Positions 9,001 through 18,985 of a stretch of 46,229 bases of DNA are shown here, piece after piece (positions within the stretch are counted from its first letter, which is position 1; each line of letters begins with the position of its first letter). The translations under genes were made by a program, and so were the position numbers. The DNA comes from Oscillatoriaceae cyanobacterium M33_DOE_052 (GTDB taxonomy: Bacteria > Cyanobacteriota > Cyanobacteriia > Cyanobacteriales > Laspinemataceae). Location of the stretch: NCBI GenBank assembly GCA_015296065.1, contig DVDU01000250.1:1-46229 (forward strand), written 5' to 3'. The notes beneath the pieces were generated by a model, which made no database searches, was not told where the DNA came from, and saw only the letters and a list, made by a program, of their open reading frames with translations.

Positions 9001-9119
9001 AACGATCGCGGGTGATTGGGGTGATTACGCATATTACGGCTTTAGCCGATCGGGCTCCCACCCAAATCAAAGTTTACAAATCTCCTCAAGGTTCCCATCT
9101 AGAGGTAGAAACTCTGTAG
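6078..9119 (+). CDS. sbcC: SbcC/Rad50-like SMC-family ATPase (DNA double-strand-break repair exonuclease subunit) with a zinc hook
   Basis: A Walker A motif GPTGAGKSS lies near the N-terminus. There is a long central coiled coil rich in A/Q/E. A CPVCG zinc-hook motif sits mid-protein. The C-terminus has the signature LSGGETF and the Walker B/D-loop LFLDEGFGTLD. The start was set at MRPLEL (6078) because the upstream part of the ORF overlaps dispersed repeats. Confidence 0.8.
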   Translation: MRPLELSLEGFTSFRSPQHLDFSQMDLFVITGPTGAGKSSILEAMTYALYGKTTRCGNQIGELVSQGAKNLKVTLGFAVGEDIYRIARSWRSRGKTTASTVVLEKRVDNSWETIEEKERSANKAVEDILGMDFDTFTRVILLPQGEFDEFLKGDTSKRREILRQLAGFEIFEQMRKQAGELSKLLEKERQAAERQLAELEVPPAWEVERAKLQITELENTIPKLQNAVWEAQQQLDAEERLFAQLEKLAQLEKQQRQLEAEAPKIAALEAKQQRAETAANLQPHWVLVREVLEQYQNATITVAATAEQAANTAAALVSAEQGLEKAKAAQTAATPGIMAREKAIATAQVLEEQRQQLVAEVSRSEQTARNSATAADTAKRQLKTAENKVIAAEEQANQAATKMQAVAPGGERLENLKQVMPLLAQWDFIAKQTQKNQSQAETADRELTVARQNSQLWRAKTLTVEIELTKCRDILKSAEAANLQAQLQNQAATLRSNLAAGDTCPVCGNICSDLHQLQLLPAPEMVDIAPLQARLETANRTYLDAQRRATLAEASVADAQRQQTDSQQELAAIKQRLEAAGQEISAILHQDKWECSALQGEYRLLQAREASWRQAQIEHQEALATLKQAQQSREFALQRWQEGELRHQEAAQVLQMRQQQLAELTAKVYEVTGGAAYETLKQALEREKQQLQAALEAATATESNRRAAAIQAETSATQAKIALDHIAAKKQQLETDWERELNVAGLSQEEFLTAQASGEERAAWQKVITAHREQSLQLVTRLEDLRENIGGRQTDAVILASRRAAKESSKTQFEQANQQKNELSVWVQLSETRLQQAADLQTQLETLLQQQEVYQTLAQNLKSTEFQSYILEHLEGELVARATLLLRELTDARYALEVEDGEYWVADNWNGGEKRRVRTLSGGETFAASVSMALALSEKLAMGAQLGSLFLDEGFGTLDVETLETVSQVLESLRQRSRVIGVITHITALADRAPTQIKVYKSPQGSHLEVETL

Positions 9120-9618
9120 TTGGTTAAGAATTGGGGTTTTTCAAAACCACCCAGTTTCTCGAAGCACTTGGCGTTGGGGCTTTTGCCTACCCGGTGCGAT
9201 CGAGCCACAAAGGGCGAAGCCTGACGGCAAATAAGTTGCTCATCAGAAGTGGAGACTTCCCGTCTTCAGGCTTCGCCCCTACACCACTTGGTTATATGGT
9301 TATATGGAGAGATGGGGGGCAAGATTACTCCCCTGCACAAGCGCTCCCCGAGTCTCTCCCTCCAAGTCAGAGGGGTTGGGGGATAGAGGGCAATATCAAA
9401 AACCTAAACTTGTCAGCCCACCCTACAGCTCATGCAGGCACCATGACGGGGGCAAAAAACCGGGGGAAGAAATCAGGTTGCCCAAGGTTTTCACCCCAGT
9501 TTCCCGGAAGCAAGCCAGTTGCCGTCGTGGAAAATGCCGCCAGATTGTGAGAATCTAGTAATTGCGGGATGGGAGCTAAAAGCCCCACATCCTGCGATGT
9601 TGCAAGGAAATCATACCA

Positions 9619-10164
9619 ATGCTCAAACGGATTGCGGCAATTATTTTATTAGTGCTGACAGTGACAGTTACTAGCTGCGCTGCATCAGCGACGGCGGGAC
9701 TGCAGCCATACGTGGATAGCTACAAAGGATATCAGTTTTTATATCCCAATGGCTGGACGCAGGTAAATGCGGGTAAGGGACCAGATGTGGTCTTCCACGA
9801 TTTAATCAACCAAATGGATAATGTTAGCGTGGTCATTTCCCCAGTGCCGAATGGCAAAACTCTGGCCGAATTGGGCACGCCTTCAGAAGTTGGTTATAAG
9901 CTGTCGAAAAATGCGATCGCGCCTGCGGGTTCGGGACGAGAAGCCGAACTGCTCAGCGCCGAAAGCCTGGAAAAAGGGGATAAAAGTTACTACATTTTTG
10001 AATATGACGTGAAGCTGGCTAACGACGTGCATCGGCATAATTTAGCCAGCGTGGCAGTGAGCCGGGGTAAATTATTCACTTTGAATTTATCTACCACGGA
10101 AAATAGCTGGCAAAAACGGGCGTATCAGTTTAACAATGTGGTCAAAAGTTTTTCTGTGAATTAG
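9619..10164 (+). CDS. psbP: PsbP-domain protein (CyanoP), a photosystem II lumenal lipoprotein
   Basis: A lipoprotein signal peptide (VTSCAA) is present. YKGYQFLYPNGW and the overall length of about 180 aa are typical of cyanobacterial PsbP homologs. Confidence 0.75.
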   Translation: MLKRIAAIILLVLTVTVTSCAASATAGLQPYVDSYKGYQFLYPNGWTQVNAGKGPDVVFHDLINQMDNVSVVISPVPNGKTLAELGTPSEVGYKLSKNAIAPAGSGREAELLSAESLEKGDKSYYIFEYDVKLANDVHRHNLASVAVSRGKLFTLNLSTTENSWQKRAYQFNNVVKSFSVN

Positions 10165-10175
10165 TCCTTGGTCCA

Positions 10176-10227
10176 ATTGATAATTGATAATTAACAATTG
10201 ATAATTATCAATTATCAATTATCAATT
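10176..10227. repeat. Palindromic heptamer array, (AATTGAT)n switching to (AATTATC)n, of the STRR-like TTGATAA family
   Basis: ttgataattgataattaacaattgataattatcaattatcaattatcaa lies 35 nt upstream of the maf start. Confidence 0.8.
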
Positions 10228-10262
10228 TGCCTGCCTAACCAATAACAAATCACAAAGAAGAT

Positions 10263-10874
10263 ATGGGTAAAGGTCAGTTTGTCTTGGGTTCTAAGTCAAA
10301 AGCACGGCGGCTGTTGCTGATAAGTGCGGGAATTCATCCGGTGGTTATAGATAGCGATTTCGATGAAACTTCTGTGGAGTCGGATAACCCGGTGGAATTG
10401 GTGGAGACTTTGGCTTTATGCAAGGCGGAAAGTGTGGCAGCCCGAGTTTGGCGGGGGGAAGAAGGATCACAACCCCTGCTAGTGTTGGGATGCGATTCGG
10501 TTTTGGGTTTAGGGGGGGAAATACATGGTAAACCGGCGAATGCGGCGGAGGCGGAAGCTCGCTGGCAAAAGATGCGATCGAATGTGGGGGAACTTTATAC
10601 AGGTCATGCTTTAATCGATGTGGGGAAGCGGCAAACTGTGGTGCGGTGTCAGGTGACGCGAGTATATTTCGCGAACATCAGCGATCGGCAAATTGCCGAC
10701 TACGTAGCCACCGGCGAACCCCTCCAATGCGCTGGCTGCTTTGCCATTGATGGACGAGGCGGCTTATTCGTAGAACAAATCGAAGGCTGCCATACCAATG
10801 TTATCGGCTTGAGCTTGCCTCTGCTGCGGCGGATGGTAGCAGAATTAGGCTACGATATCACCGATTTTTGGTAA
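10263..10874 (+). CDS. maf: Maf-like nucleoside triphosphate pyrophosphatase (septum formation protein Maf)
   Basis: [14 protein letters not shown]...VLGCDSV...GKP...MRSN...TGHAL...[17 protein letters not shown] follows Maf-family conserved positions. Confidence 0.8.
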   Translation: MGKGQFVLGSKSKARRLLLISAGIHPVVIDSDFDETSVESDNPVELVETLALCKAESVAARVWRGEEGSQPLLVLGCDSVLGLGGEIHGKPANAAEAEARWQKMRSNVGELYTGHALIDVGKRQTVVRCQVTRVYFANISDRQIADYVATGEPLQCAGCFAIDGRGGLFVEQIEGCHTNVIGLSLPLLRRMVAELGYDITDFW

Positions 10875-13355
10875 TCCCAAGCCCGACAAACTGGCTAAAA
10901 TTGTCGCCGGTTCAAAAGGTTTAGTCAGGTAAAGTGCAGCCCCCAATTCCAGAGCGCGGCGGCGGTGATATGGCGTGTTTTGGGAAGTCAGCATCACCAC
11001 CGGCAACCGGCGCCAAATCGGGTGGTTTTTCATCGCCGCCAATAAGCCAAACCCATCGAGGTTAGGCATTTCTAAATCTGATATCACTAAACTAAATCGA
11101 GCGGCATTTTCCGTCAACGCGGCGATACCTTCCGTGCCATCATTGGCAGTGACAACGGCAAAACCCGCTGAGGATAACACCATTTCTAGGGTGCGCCGCA
11201 CAGCCGGGGAATCATCAACCACCAGAATCGTGGGTTGAGCGGCAGTATTGGTGAAAGGAATTAATTCTGCCAGAGATGCTCCCGACAAGCACGGCACCAC
11301 TTCACCACCACTGCCCCAAGTCCAACCCTCTACCCAAGCTGGCACAGGTAATGTGGGGTCAAAAGGCTTGACAGCAGCCGATATTTTGCCGATAATATTA
11401 TCGACTACTAAGCCAACTTTTTGGCCCATGTCAATAATTATCACTTGGGCTTTTTCGGGCTGAGGCGTTTCTGGGCTCTGGGGTGCAGAGGCGGGGATGA
11501 GGCGGCGGGCTTGGCGGCCATAGGGGAGGAAATTGGCCAAATTAAACAATGGTATTGATTGATTTTGCCAGATAATTTCCTCCCGGCCTTCTTGGCTTCT
11601 GTGGTGGTTATTGGAAGGGATATCGATAATATCAAGAATATCCCTAGCGCTTAGGGCAAGGGATGCCCCACCACTTTGGAAAAAGTAGAGAGTTAAAACT
11701 GTCTGGGTGAGGGGCACGGTGATGATAAATTTGGTGCCGTAGCCCAGTTCAGTGGCTAGCTCTAGAGAACCGCCGAGGCGAGAAACTTGGGATAAAACTA
11801 TATCTAAACCGACGCCTCTGCCTGATAAATCGGTGACGCGGCTGGCGGTGGAAAAACCGGGGGTAAAGAGAAATTGCAGGATTTCTGCTGTGGTGAGTTG
11901 GCGATCGTCTTGATTGATAAGTCCTTTTTCTAGAGCGCGCTGGTGGACTTTTGCGGTGTCGATACCGCGTCCATCATCAGTGATGGTAATTTCTAGGTGA
12001 GCGCGGCGGGTGGTGGCGGCGAGGGTGATGGTGGCAATGGGAGGTTTGCCGAGAGCTTTTCTTTCTACGGGTAGCTCGATACCGTGGTCAAAGGCGTTGC
12101 GAAATAGGTGGGTGAGGGGGGCTTGCAGTTGTTCTAAGATGACTTGATCAACGAGGTTTTCTGGGTCTTGGACGATGAGCTGAACTTGTTTGTGATATTG
12201 TTGTTTGAGGCTTTCTAGGGGGGTGTAGTAGCGCTCGGCTATCTGCCGGAAAGGCACTAGGCGCAGATTGGTAATATCGGCGCTGAGGGCTTCCAAACGA
12301 GAGCGGATGGCAGTAATGGCGGCGGGGATATCTGAATTGGTGGGGTCTTGTAACCGCTGACATTGGGCGAGCAATTCAGCAGCCCGATCGCCCATCTCCT
12401 CCAACCGCGTCAAAGGCACCCGCACCTGTAGCAATCCCGGCAATGGTGCCGCCTGGGGCTGCAAAATCAGATATTTTAAAAACCGCTGGGGAATTTGAGC
12501 CTGGGGACCAGGGGACTGGGGGACTGGGGGCAGGGGGGCAGGGGGAAGAGAGGGAAGAGGGGGAGGGGTGGGAGGAGAGGGAGGAAGATTGCTGACCACA
12601 CTCCCCACAGGCGGTGACACTGTACCATTTAAAAACTCGGTGCGGCTCTTTCTAATGCCAGAGATAATCTCCGATATCGCCGCCTCTGGCAATTCTTGCC
12701 CAACAACTGCTGCCATTTCCGCCGCCATATCCCGCAACCAGGTTAAACCCAGAGTTTCCCCCAAGAGGGTGGCTTCTTCCACAAAACCCGCAACCGCTGC
12801 AGGAGCCGTGATATCCGCCTCCAGTCGCTGTAAGCATTCTTCCAAATCTTCTGTGAGGGCGGTTTTGTAGAAACTCGGTTGCTGAAAGGATGAAGATGCC
12901 ACCGGTTCGAGTTCTTCGTCCGCTGCTGTCGCGGCGGGTAGCTGTGCTAAAAATGCTTCCAGAGCAGCGGTGGTGGCTTCCAGCTTTTGGGTGCCTTCGG
13001 GCAGCTCTTGGTTACCCATTGCTGCCAATAGCTGCTCGGCGATGCGATCGAGAGTTTGCGATAGGAGTTTATCCGCTGTTTCCCTGACGGTTATCCTTCC
13101 CAACCGCAGCGCGATGAGCAAATCTTCCAACTTATGCGCCAAACGGGATAACTCTGGCATCGATGCCAAACCCGCCCCCCCTTTCAAAGAATGGGCCGCC
13201 CGGATGATGGGGGTATATTCCTGTCCCCCTTGGCGCAGTTGCTCGATACCCTGTTCCAGGGTCGCCAACTGGTCCGGCGCTTCTTCATAAAGGAAACTTT
13301 GCCGAGAAGCTAGGGCGATCGCCGCTAACTCCTCCTGATTTAAAACCCCTTTCAT
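10845..13355 (-). CDS. CheA-like hybrid histidine kinase with a C-terminal receiver domain (PilL/HmpE/TaxAY-type CheA-CheY fusion)
   Basis: The domain order is: N-terminal Hpt (HSLKGGAGL), a Pro-rich linker, a dimerisation and HATPase_c domain ([28 protein letters not shown]), a CheW-like domain, and a C-terminal REC domain ([10 protein letters not shown]...[11 protein letters not shown]...LTKP). Confidence 0.8.
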   Translation of the reverse strand: MKGVLNQEELAAIALASRQSFLYEEAPDQLATLEQGIEQLRQGGQEYTPIIRAAHSLKGGAGLASMPELSRLAHKLEDLLIALRLGRITVRETADKLLSQTLDRIAEQLLAAMGNQELPEGTQKLEATTAALEAFLAQLPAATAADEELEPVASSSFQQPSFYKTALTEDLEECLQRLEADITAPAAVAGFVEEATLLGETLGLTWLRDMAAEMAAVVGQELPEAAISEIISGIRKSRTEFLNGTVSPPVGSVVSNLPPSPPTPPPLPSLPPAPLPPVPQSPGPQAQIPQRFLKYLILQPQAAPLPGLLQVRVPLTRLEEMGDRAAELLAQCQRLQDPTNSDIPAAITAIRSRLEALSADITNLRLVPFRQIAERYYTPLESLKQQYHKQVQLIVQDPENLVDQVILEQLQAPLTHLFRNAFDHGIELPVERKALGKPPIATITLAATTRRAHLEITITDDGRGIDTAKVHQRALEKGLINQDDRQLTTAEILQFLFTPGFSTASRVTDLSGRGVGLDIVLSQVSRLGGSLELATELGYGTKFIITVPLTQTVLTLYFFQSGGASLALSARDILDIIDIPSNNHHRSQEGREEIIWQNQSIPLFNLANFLPYGRQARRLIPASAPQSPETPQPEKAQVIIIDMGQKVGLVVDNIIGKISAAVKPFDPTLPVPAWVEGWTWGSGGEVVPCLSGASLAELIPFTNTAAQPTILVVDDSPAVRRTLEMVLSSAGFAVVTANDGTEGIAALTENAARFSLVISDLEMPNLDGFGLLAAMKNHPIWRRLPVVMLTSQNTPYHRRRALELGAALYLTKPFEPATILASLSGLGLPKIGDIVA

Positions 13356-13451
13356 GGTGCCAGCTACAAATCCTGAAACTATTACATCACCTTCCCTTAG
13401 TCAGCACCCTGGCAATTCGTCATTGGTTATTGGTCACAAGTCACTTGTGGG

Positions 13452-13523
13452 AGAAACCAGGTTTCAGCACCAGCGGCCTCGCCTCGGTTATGAAGCCTAG
13501 ATTACCGCAGAAACCGGCTTTAT
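13452..13523. repeat. Degenerate copy of the ~65-bp dispersed repeat
   Basis: GAGAAACCAGGTTTC...CGCAGAAACCGGCTTT. Confidence 0.5.
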
Positions 13524-13675
13524 GGGGGTCAAATCGGGGAACTTTCGGGGAGGGATGCGGGGGATATCGATAGATATGATTAAGACTGGGGGCTTTTGAC
13601 GATGGTGGCGGTATTTTAATCTTGACGGTGATTTTTGGGAGTACATCCCGGGAACACCAGGACACAGACCATTGA

Positions 13676-14983
<1,308 letters not shown>

Positions 14984-15074
14984 TTTTGAGCCATGAGAAA
15001 GTGGGCTGCTTTTAGAAAACCCCTTTCTCCAAGCAATCCCTTCGCCAAAATCATCGGGTTTTAAATAAATGGCA

Positions 15075-15095
15075 GGACACGGCAATGCCGTGTCC
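15075..15095. terminator. Hairpin GGACACGGCA-AT-GCCGTGTCC followed by TTTAT. Likely the eno terminator and possibly bidirectional.
   Basis: It is a 9-bp perfect stem with a T-rich tail 3' on the plus strand and an A-rich flank 5'. It is a near-duplicate of the hairpin at 1986-2006. Confidence 0.55.
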
Positions 15096-15178
15096 TTTAT
15101 ATGTGGGGTCGGATCCGTTGTGCGCGAGGGCAATTTATGGCATGATGTCAGCGCTTGTGCGACCGGTGCGAAGGTTTT

Positions 15179-15223
15179 CTATGTGGGCGAAATGGCATTG
15201 GTGTCGAGGAATATGGAGCGCAT
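15179..15223 (-). pseudogene. Remnant of a PIN-domain (VapC) toxin gene: 14 codons (MRSIFLDTNAISPT) then a stop
   Basis: Its ATG lies 4 nt after the stop of the upstream RHH antitoxin gene. The N-terminal sequence has the M..LLDTN.. signature of VapC but terminates after 14 codons. Confidence 0.45.
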
Positions 15224-15229
15224 GATTGA

Positions 15230-15487
15230 TCACCATTGCTCTGGGTCGATGTTGCGAAAGCAGGCGGTATTGGCCTCAAATTCTTCTGCTTCCTGTTGGC
15301 TCCAGACCCCGGCTAATTCGCTCAGGTCTTCATGTCGTGGGTAGAGGGGTTTTTCCTGGGTGAGACCCACACTGCGATCGAGCAGACGCAGGACTAAAGC
15401 ATTGACGCTGATGTTTTCTTTTTTTGCCAGTGCTTTCAGCTTAGAGAGGGTTTCGGGTTCCAGTCCTCGAACACTGATATTTGCCAT
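15230..15487 (-). CDS. Ribbon-helix-helix (Arc/MetJ/FitA-like) antitoxin-type protein, 85 aa
   Basis: MANISVRGLEPETLSKLKALAKKENISVNALVLRLLDRS matches the RHH antitoxin N-terminal fold pattern (beta strand, helix, helix). It is followed by the PIN remnant. Confidence 0.6.
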   Translation of the reverse strand: MANISVRGLEPETLSKLKALAKKENISVNALVLRLLDRSVGLTQEKPLYPRHEDLSELAGVWSQQEAEEFEANTACFRNIDPEQW

Positions 15488-15557
15488 GCTAGACTCCGAT
15501 GCTATCAGGTTGCTTGCCTATAATGCTAGCATATGTGTTATAAAAAAGAAACTTTTT

Positions 15558-15925
15558 CCTAAGTCCAAAGTCCTAAGTCATTTGTCCCACAGAAACCGGA
15601 ACCAAGCTGCGAAAACCTAGGTTTGATACCGAGATACCGTGTAGGGTGGGCAGTGCCGATGATGAGCCAGATTCAATAGTGACAGGCATTTTGGTAGGCA
15701 CTGCCCACCCAGCCCGCGTCAAGGTGGCAAATTTTGTCACGGTAAACCGTCTTTTCTGACGTTCATCAAACCAGATTTAGGAGACCGAACCAGGGGCGGA
15801 CCCCAGAATTGTCAGAGTTACGAGAGCTGAAAACCAGCCTCCTCGTTAACCACCAAGACGCGGGCTGGCACTGCCCACCCTACTAGCTAGCTTGGGACAA
15901 ATGACAAAGGACTAAGGACAAAATT
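15558..15925. mobile_element. Nested MITE-like insertion. The core of about 243 bp (15641-15883) has terminal inverted repeats GTAGGGTGGGCAGTGCC / GGCACTGCCCACCCTAC and an internal third copy. It sits inside an outer inverted pair of STRR-type repeats (gtcctaagtcatttgtccc / gggacaaatgacaaaggactaaggac).
   Basis: The inverted repeats are read directly from the sequence. The region has no coding potential and lies between a TA locus and argC. Related GGCATTGCCCACC half-sites occur at 22865-22925 and 25655-25730. Confidence 0.5.
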
Positions 15926-16984
15926 TTAAGGATAAAATCCCAGTTTGGGCAATCCCAAAGTTTCATCCCAGCCCATCATAATGTTGAGACATTGGACGGC
16001 TTGACCGGCTTGGCCTTTGATGAGGTTATCAATCGCTGACATGACAATTGCCCGATCGGTTCTGGGGTCCACTTCCACACTGATAAAGCAAGCATTACTA
16101 CCCGCAGCCCATTTGGTTTGGGGATAAACTCCCGCAGGTAATACCCGCACCCAGGGAGAATTGCGATAAAAGGCATTGTAAATCGTTACCAAATCTTCCC
16201 GCACCAGTCCGGGGTCTCGCAAAGTGGCATACACTGTAGCCAAAATGCCTCTCACCATTGGCATCAGGTGGGGGGTAAACTGGACCATCACCTCATGTCC
16301 GGCTAAGTCGCTACAAATTTGCTCGATTTCTGGGGTATGTCGGTGGCGAGCCACGCCATAGGGGGAAACAGAGCTATCAGCTTCGGCTAATAGCATATTG
16401 ATTTTGGCTTGGCGTCCGCCCCCAGATGTACCAGATTTGGCGTCAATAATCGCGGTTTCTGGCAAAATCATCCCTTGTTTGAGCAATGGCGCTAGAGCCA
16501 GAAGGCTGGCGGTGGGGTAGCATCCGGGGCAACCCACGAGCTGGGCGTCTTGGATGCGATCGCGATACAGTTCTGGTAAGCCATAAACCGCAGTCGCCGC
16601 GATCGCCTGGTCCTGGCGTTCCATCCCATACCAAGATTGGTATGTGTCCAGAGAACTAAACCGATAGTCCGCCGACAGGTCCAGAACCTTGCAGCCTTTC
16701 TCCAACAGCGTGGGAGCCATCTGGCAAGCCAAACCGTTCGGGAGAGACAAAAACACCACTTGACAGCGAGCCGCGATTTTCTCTGCATCTACCGGCTCCA
16801 CAATCAAATTTGTCACATGGCCCAAATGGGGGTAGATATCGGAAAAAGGCTTCCCAGCACTGCTATCCCCTCCCAAATAAACCACCTCTACCCCCGGATG
16901 ATCCATCAACAGTCTGACTAGCTGCACCCCACCATAGCCAGACGCTCCCACGATACCCACTGCTACTTTCCCTACTTCTCCCAT
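15926..16984 (-). CDS. argC: N-acetyl-gamma-glutamyl-phosphate reductase
   Basis: [11 protein letters not shown], the Rossmann-fold N-terminus, the catalytic Cys region GCPGCYPTA and the length are diagnostic. The start was set at MGEVGK because the ORF extension is not conserved-looking. Confidence 0.9.
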   Translation of the reverse strand: MGEVGKVAVGIVGASGYGGVQLVRLLMDHPGVEVVYLGGDSSAGKPFSDIYPHLGHVTNLIVEPVDAEKIAARCQVVFLSLPNGLACQMAPTLLEKGCKVLDLSADYRFSSLDTYQSWYGMERQDQAIAATAVYGLPELYRDRIQDAQLVGCPGCYPTASLLALAPLLKQGMILPETAIIDAKSGTSGGGRQAKINMLLAEADSSVSPYGVARHRHTPEIEQICSDLAGHEVMVQFTPHLMPMVRGILATVYATLRDPGLVREDLVTIYNAFYRNSPWVRVLPAGVYPQTKWAAGSNACFISVEVDPRTDRAIVMSAIDNLIKGQAGQAVQCLNIMMGWDETLGLPKLGFYP

Positions 16985-17275
16985 ATCCTTTCTCCTTGAC
17001 AGATCCTTTCCTTTATATATGTAGTCACCTTTCGCCGGAATGGGCTGGATTTGACGCACAAAATTAAGATTTCAGCCTGTATCCCCCCGCCCAGAGCGGT
17101 CCCTCTGTGGCAGGTGGTCACCCATATAAGTTTTATCCCGATCGCTCCAGGCTTAATGAGTTTTTTTCTCAAGATGTCCGCTTTTGCTCTCAATCCGCCT
17201 CACCCCAACCCTAAAGCTACATCATGGCTGAGCTGTGGCGGAGATTTTGGTTTCAATCATACTGATAGTGGGTAG

Positions 17276-17530
17276 ATGGCAACCTGGTCTAACTACTATT
17301 TTGTAATAGTGGCAACTAATCCTCACTTAAAACAATTTGGCACTCGGGTGCGGAGTCTAAGAAAAGAGCGGGGGCTTTCCCAAGAACAGCTAGGGGAATT
17401 ATCCCAACTCCACCGGAATTACATCGGTGGCATTGAGCGTGGGGAAAGAAACCTCTCCTTTTTAAACATTCTCCGCTTGGCCAAGGGTTTGGGTATCTCA
17501 CCCAGCGAGTTATTAGAAAATATCTCCTAA
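17276..17530 (+). CDS. XRE-family (Cro/CI-type) helix-turn-helix transcriptional regulator, C-protein-like
   Basis: RVRSLRKERGLSQEQLGELSQLHRNYIGGIERGERNLSFLNILRLAKGLGISPSELL is a canonical XRE HTH. The true start may lie downstream of the annotated Met. Confidence 0.7.
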   Translation: MATWSNYYFVIVATNPHLKQFGTRVRSLRKERGLSQEQLGELSQLHRNYIGGIERGERNLSFLNILRLAKGLGISPSELLENIS

Positions 17531-17821
17531 ATATAGGTGACAATAAGTCAAGGTCAAAAATATTGTATTATATGGGATAATTTTAGGATATTCAAAATAG
17601 ACGACCATGAGCAAGTCCAGCCCCGACACGCCGAGATCTAGCCTTTATGGCGGGTCACTTTGGCGCGGCCAAAATACTGCTCTTAGCTAAATTCTGGGAT
17701 TATCCCTGATAATTATCAACAGGAATCGCGAAATGACTTCACCTTATGACCGACTGCTACCTTAAGATTGGGCCGCGAAAACCAGGGAATTAATTTACCA
17801 TTGACCCCGCCAGAAATTTGA

Positions 17822-18670
17822 CTAAAATAGAGACAGTTGGGCATCCCGCAACTGCTGTTGGGTCAGAAAATTATCGATGCGGTTAGCAGCGATATCGCAA
17901 TAATCCTGCCGAATTTCCAAGCCGATTACCTGTCGCTGGAGCGCTAAAGCTACTACAGCAGTAGTCCCAGAACCCAGAAAAGGGTCAAAAATGATGTCCT
18001 CGCAGTTGGAAGTAGCCTTCAGGATGCGTTCTATGACAGCGGCGGGAAATTGCGCGGGATGGGGGGTGCGTTCTGGTGATGACCGATTTTTACCCGATGT
18101 CACCTTGGGAAATTCCCATACATCCGTAGGATTTTTACCGAGGGAGTTAACTTTTATCTTGCCATTCTTTTTTTGGTGAGGATATTTTACATTTGGGTCG
18201 CGCACGTCATCCAAGTTGAACGTGTAATTATCGGGATTTTTCACATACCACAAAAATTTTTCATTTCGCGGGGAAAAGAAATGGCGCCCCGCAACTCCTG
18301 CACCGTAGTGCCAAATAATTTCCTGAATCAGATAAAAAGGAATTTTATCCCAAAGCAGGTAGGGGATGGGGATGGCTTTGGCTCGATGTGGAATGGAAAG
18401 ATAGCCTAAATTTAGCCAAAACGCACCATCAGCAACGGTAATGCGATAAATTTGCTCTATCCATTGGACACACCAATTTAAATAATCCTCTAAAGGGAGG
18501 GGTTTTTCATATTCTTTGCCAATATTATAGGGGGGACTGGTGACGGTCAGATTGATAGATTTATCTGGGATATGTGCTAATACCTCTAAACAATCCAAAT
18601 GATAAATCCAGCAATTAGGCGCTTGAAAGTAGGGATAACCCAAAGCGTTCACGATATCTGTAGCCAACAT
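17822..18670 (-). CDS. Beta-class DNA methyltransferase, N4-cytosine or N6-adenine. Motif IV (SPPY) precedes motif I (FxGxG).
   Basis: TSPPY lies near the N-terminus and DPFLGSGTT near the C-terminus. This order defines the beta-group amino-methyltransferases. The length is 282 aa. Confidence 0.85.
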   Translation of the reverse strand: MLATDIVNALGYPYFQAPNCWIYHLDCLEVLAHIPDKSINLTVTSPPYNIGKEYEKPLPLEDYLNWCVQWIEQIYRITVADGAFWLNLGYLSIPHRAKAIPIPYLLWDKIPFYLIQEIIWHYGAGVAGRHFFSPRNEKFLWYVKNPDNYTFNLDDVRDPNVKYPHQKKNGKIKVNSLGKNPTDVWEFPKVTSGKNRSSPERTPHPAQFPAAVIERILKATSNCEDIIFDPFLGSGTTAVVALALQRQVIGLEIRQDYCDIAANRIDNFLTQQQLRDAQLSLF

Positions 18671-18900
18671 AATTTACACCCTTATCATGGTTATAATCAT
18701 TAGCATAACAGTTTTATTAAATTTGCTTGCCTGAATCCAGCGGGAAAGCCAGTCTATCTGGCACATGACCTCACCCCAAACTCGCCCTCACCTCTCCCAC
18801 AAAGGGAGGGGTGAGTAGAGGGGAGAGGGGCTTTTGACTTGTCGCTCATCATGTGACAAAGTGCTGTAAGTATTTTTCCAGGGCGGGATATGGCCGAAAA

Positions 18901-18953
18901 GTGAAGAGTGAAGAGTAAATAGAGACAGTTTTCACTCTTCACTCTTCACTCTT
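18901..18953 (-). terminator. Long hairpin built from an inverted STRR heptamer array, (GTGAAGA)2...(TCTTCAC)3. Probable terminator of the TPR gene.
   Basis: gtgaagagtgaagagtaaatagagacagttttcactcttcactcttcac. On the minus strand it is followed by TTTTCGGCC, and it lies 35 nt after the TPR gene stop. Confidence 0.5.
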
Positions 18954-18985
18954 TAGTCCCCCCATCACCCCATCTCTACGCCAGA

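Noticed and set aside
9131-9558. ORFs of 139 aa and 84 aa in the sbcC-psbP spacer.
   Set aside because: They are low-complexity and G/P/R/S-rich, have no RBS, and overlap hairpins and G-tracts. The region is treated as non-coding and a possible ncRNA.
15069-15344. A 91-aa plus-strand ORF after eno.
   Set aside because: It is Cys/Ser-rich with no RBS. The minus strand here holds the real RHH antitoxin gene and the VapC remnant.
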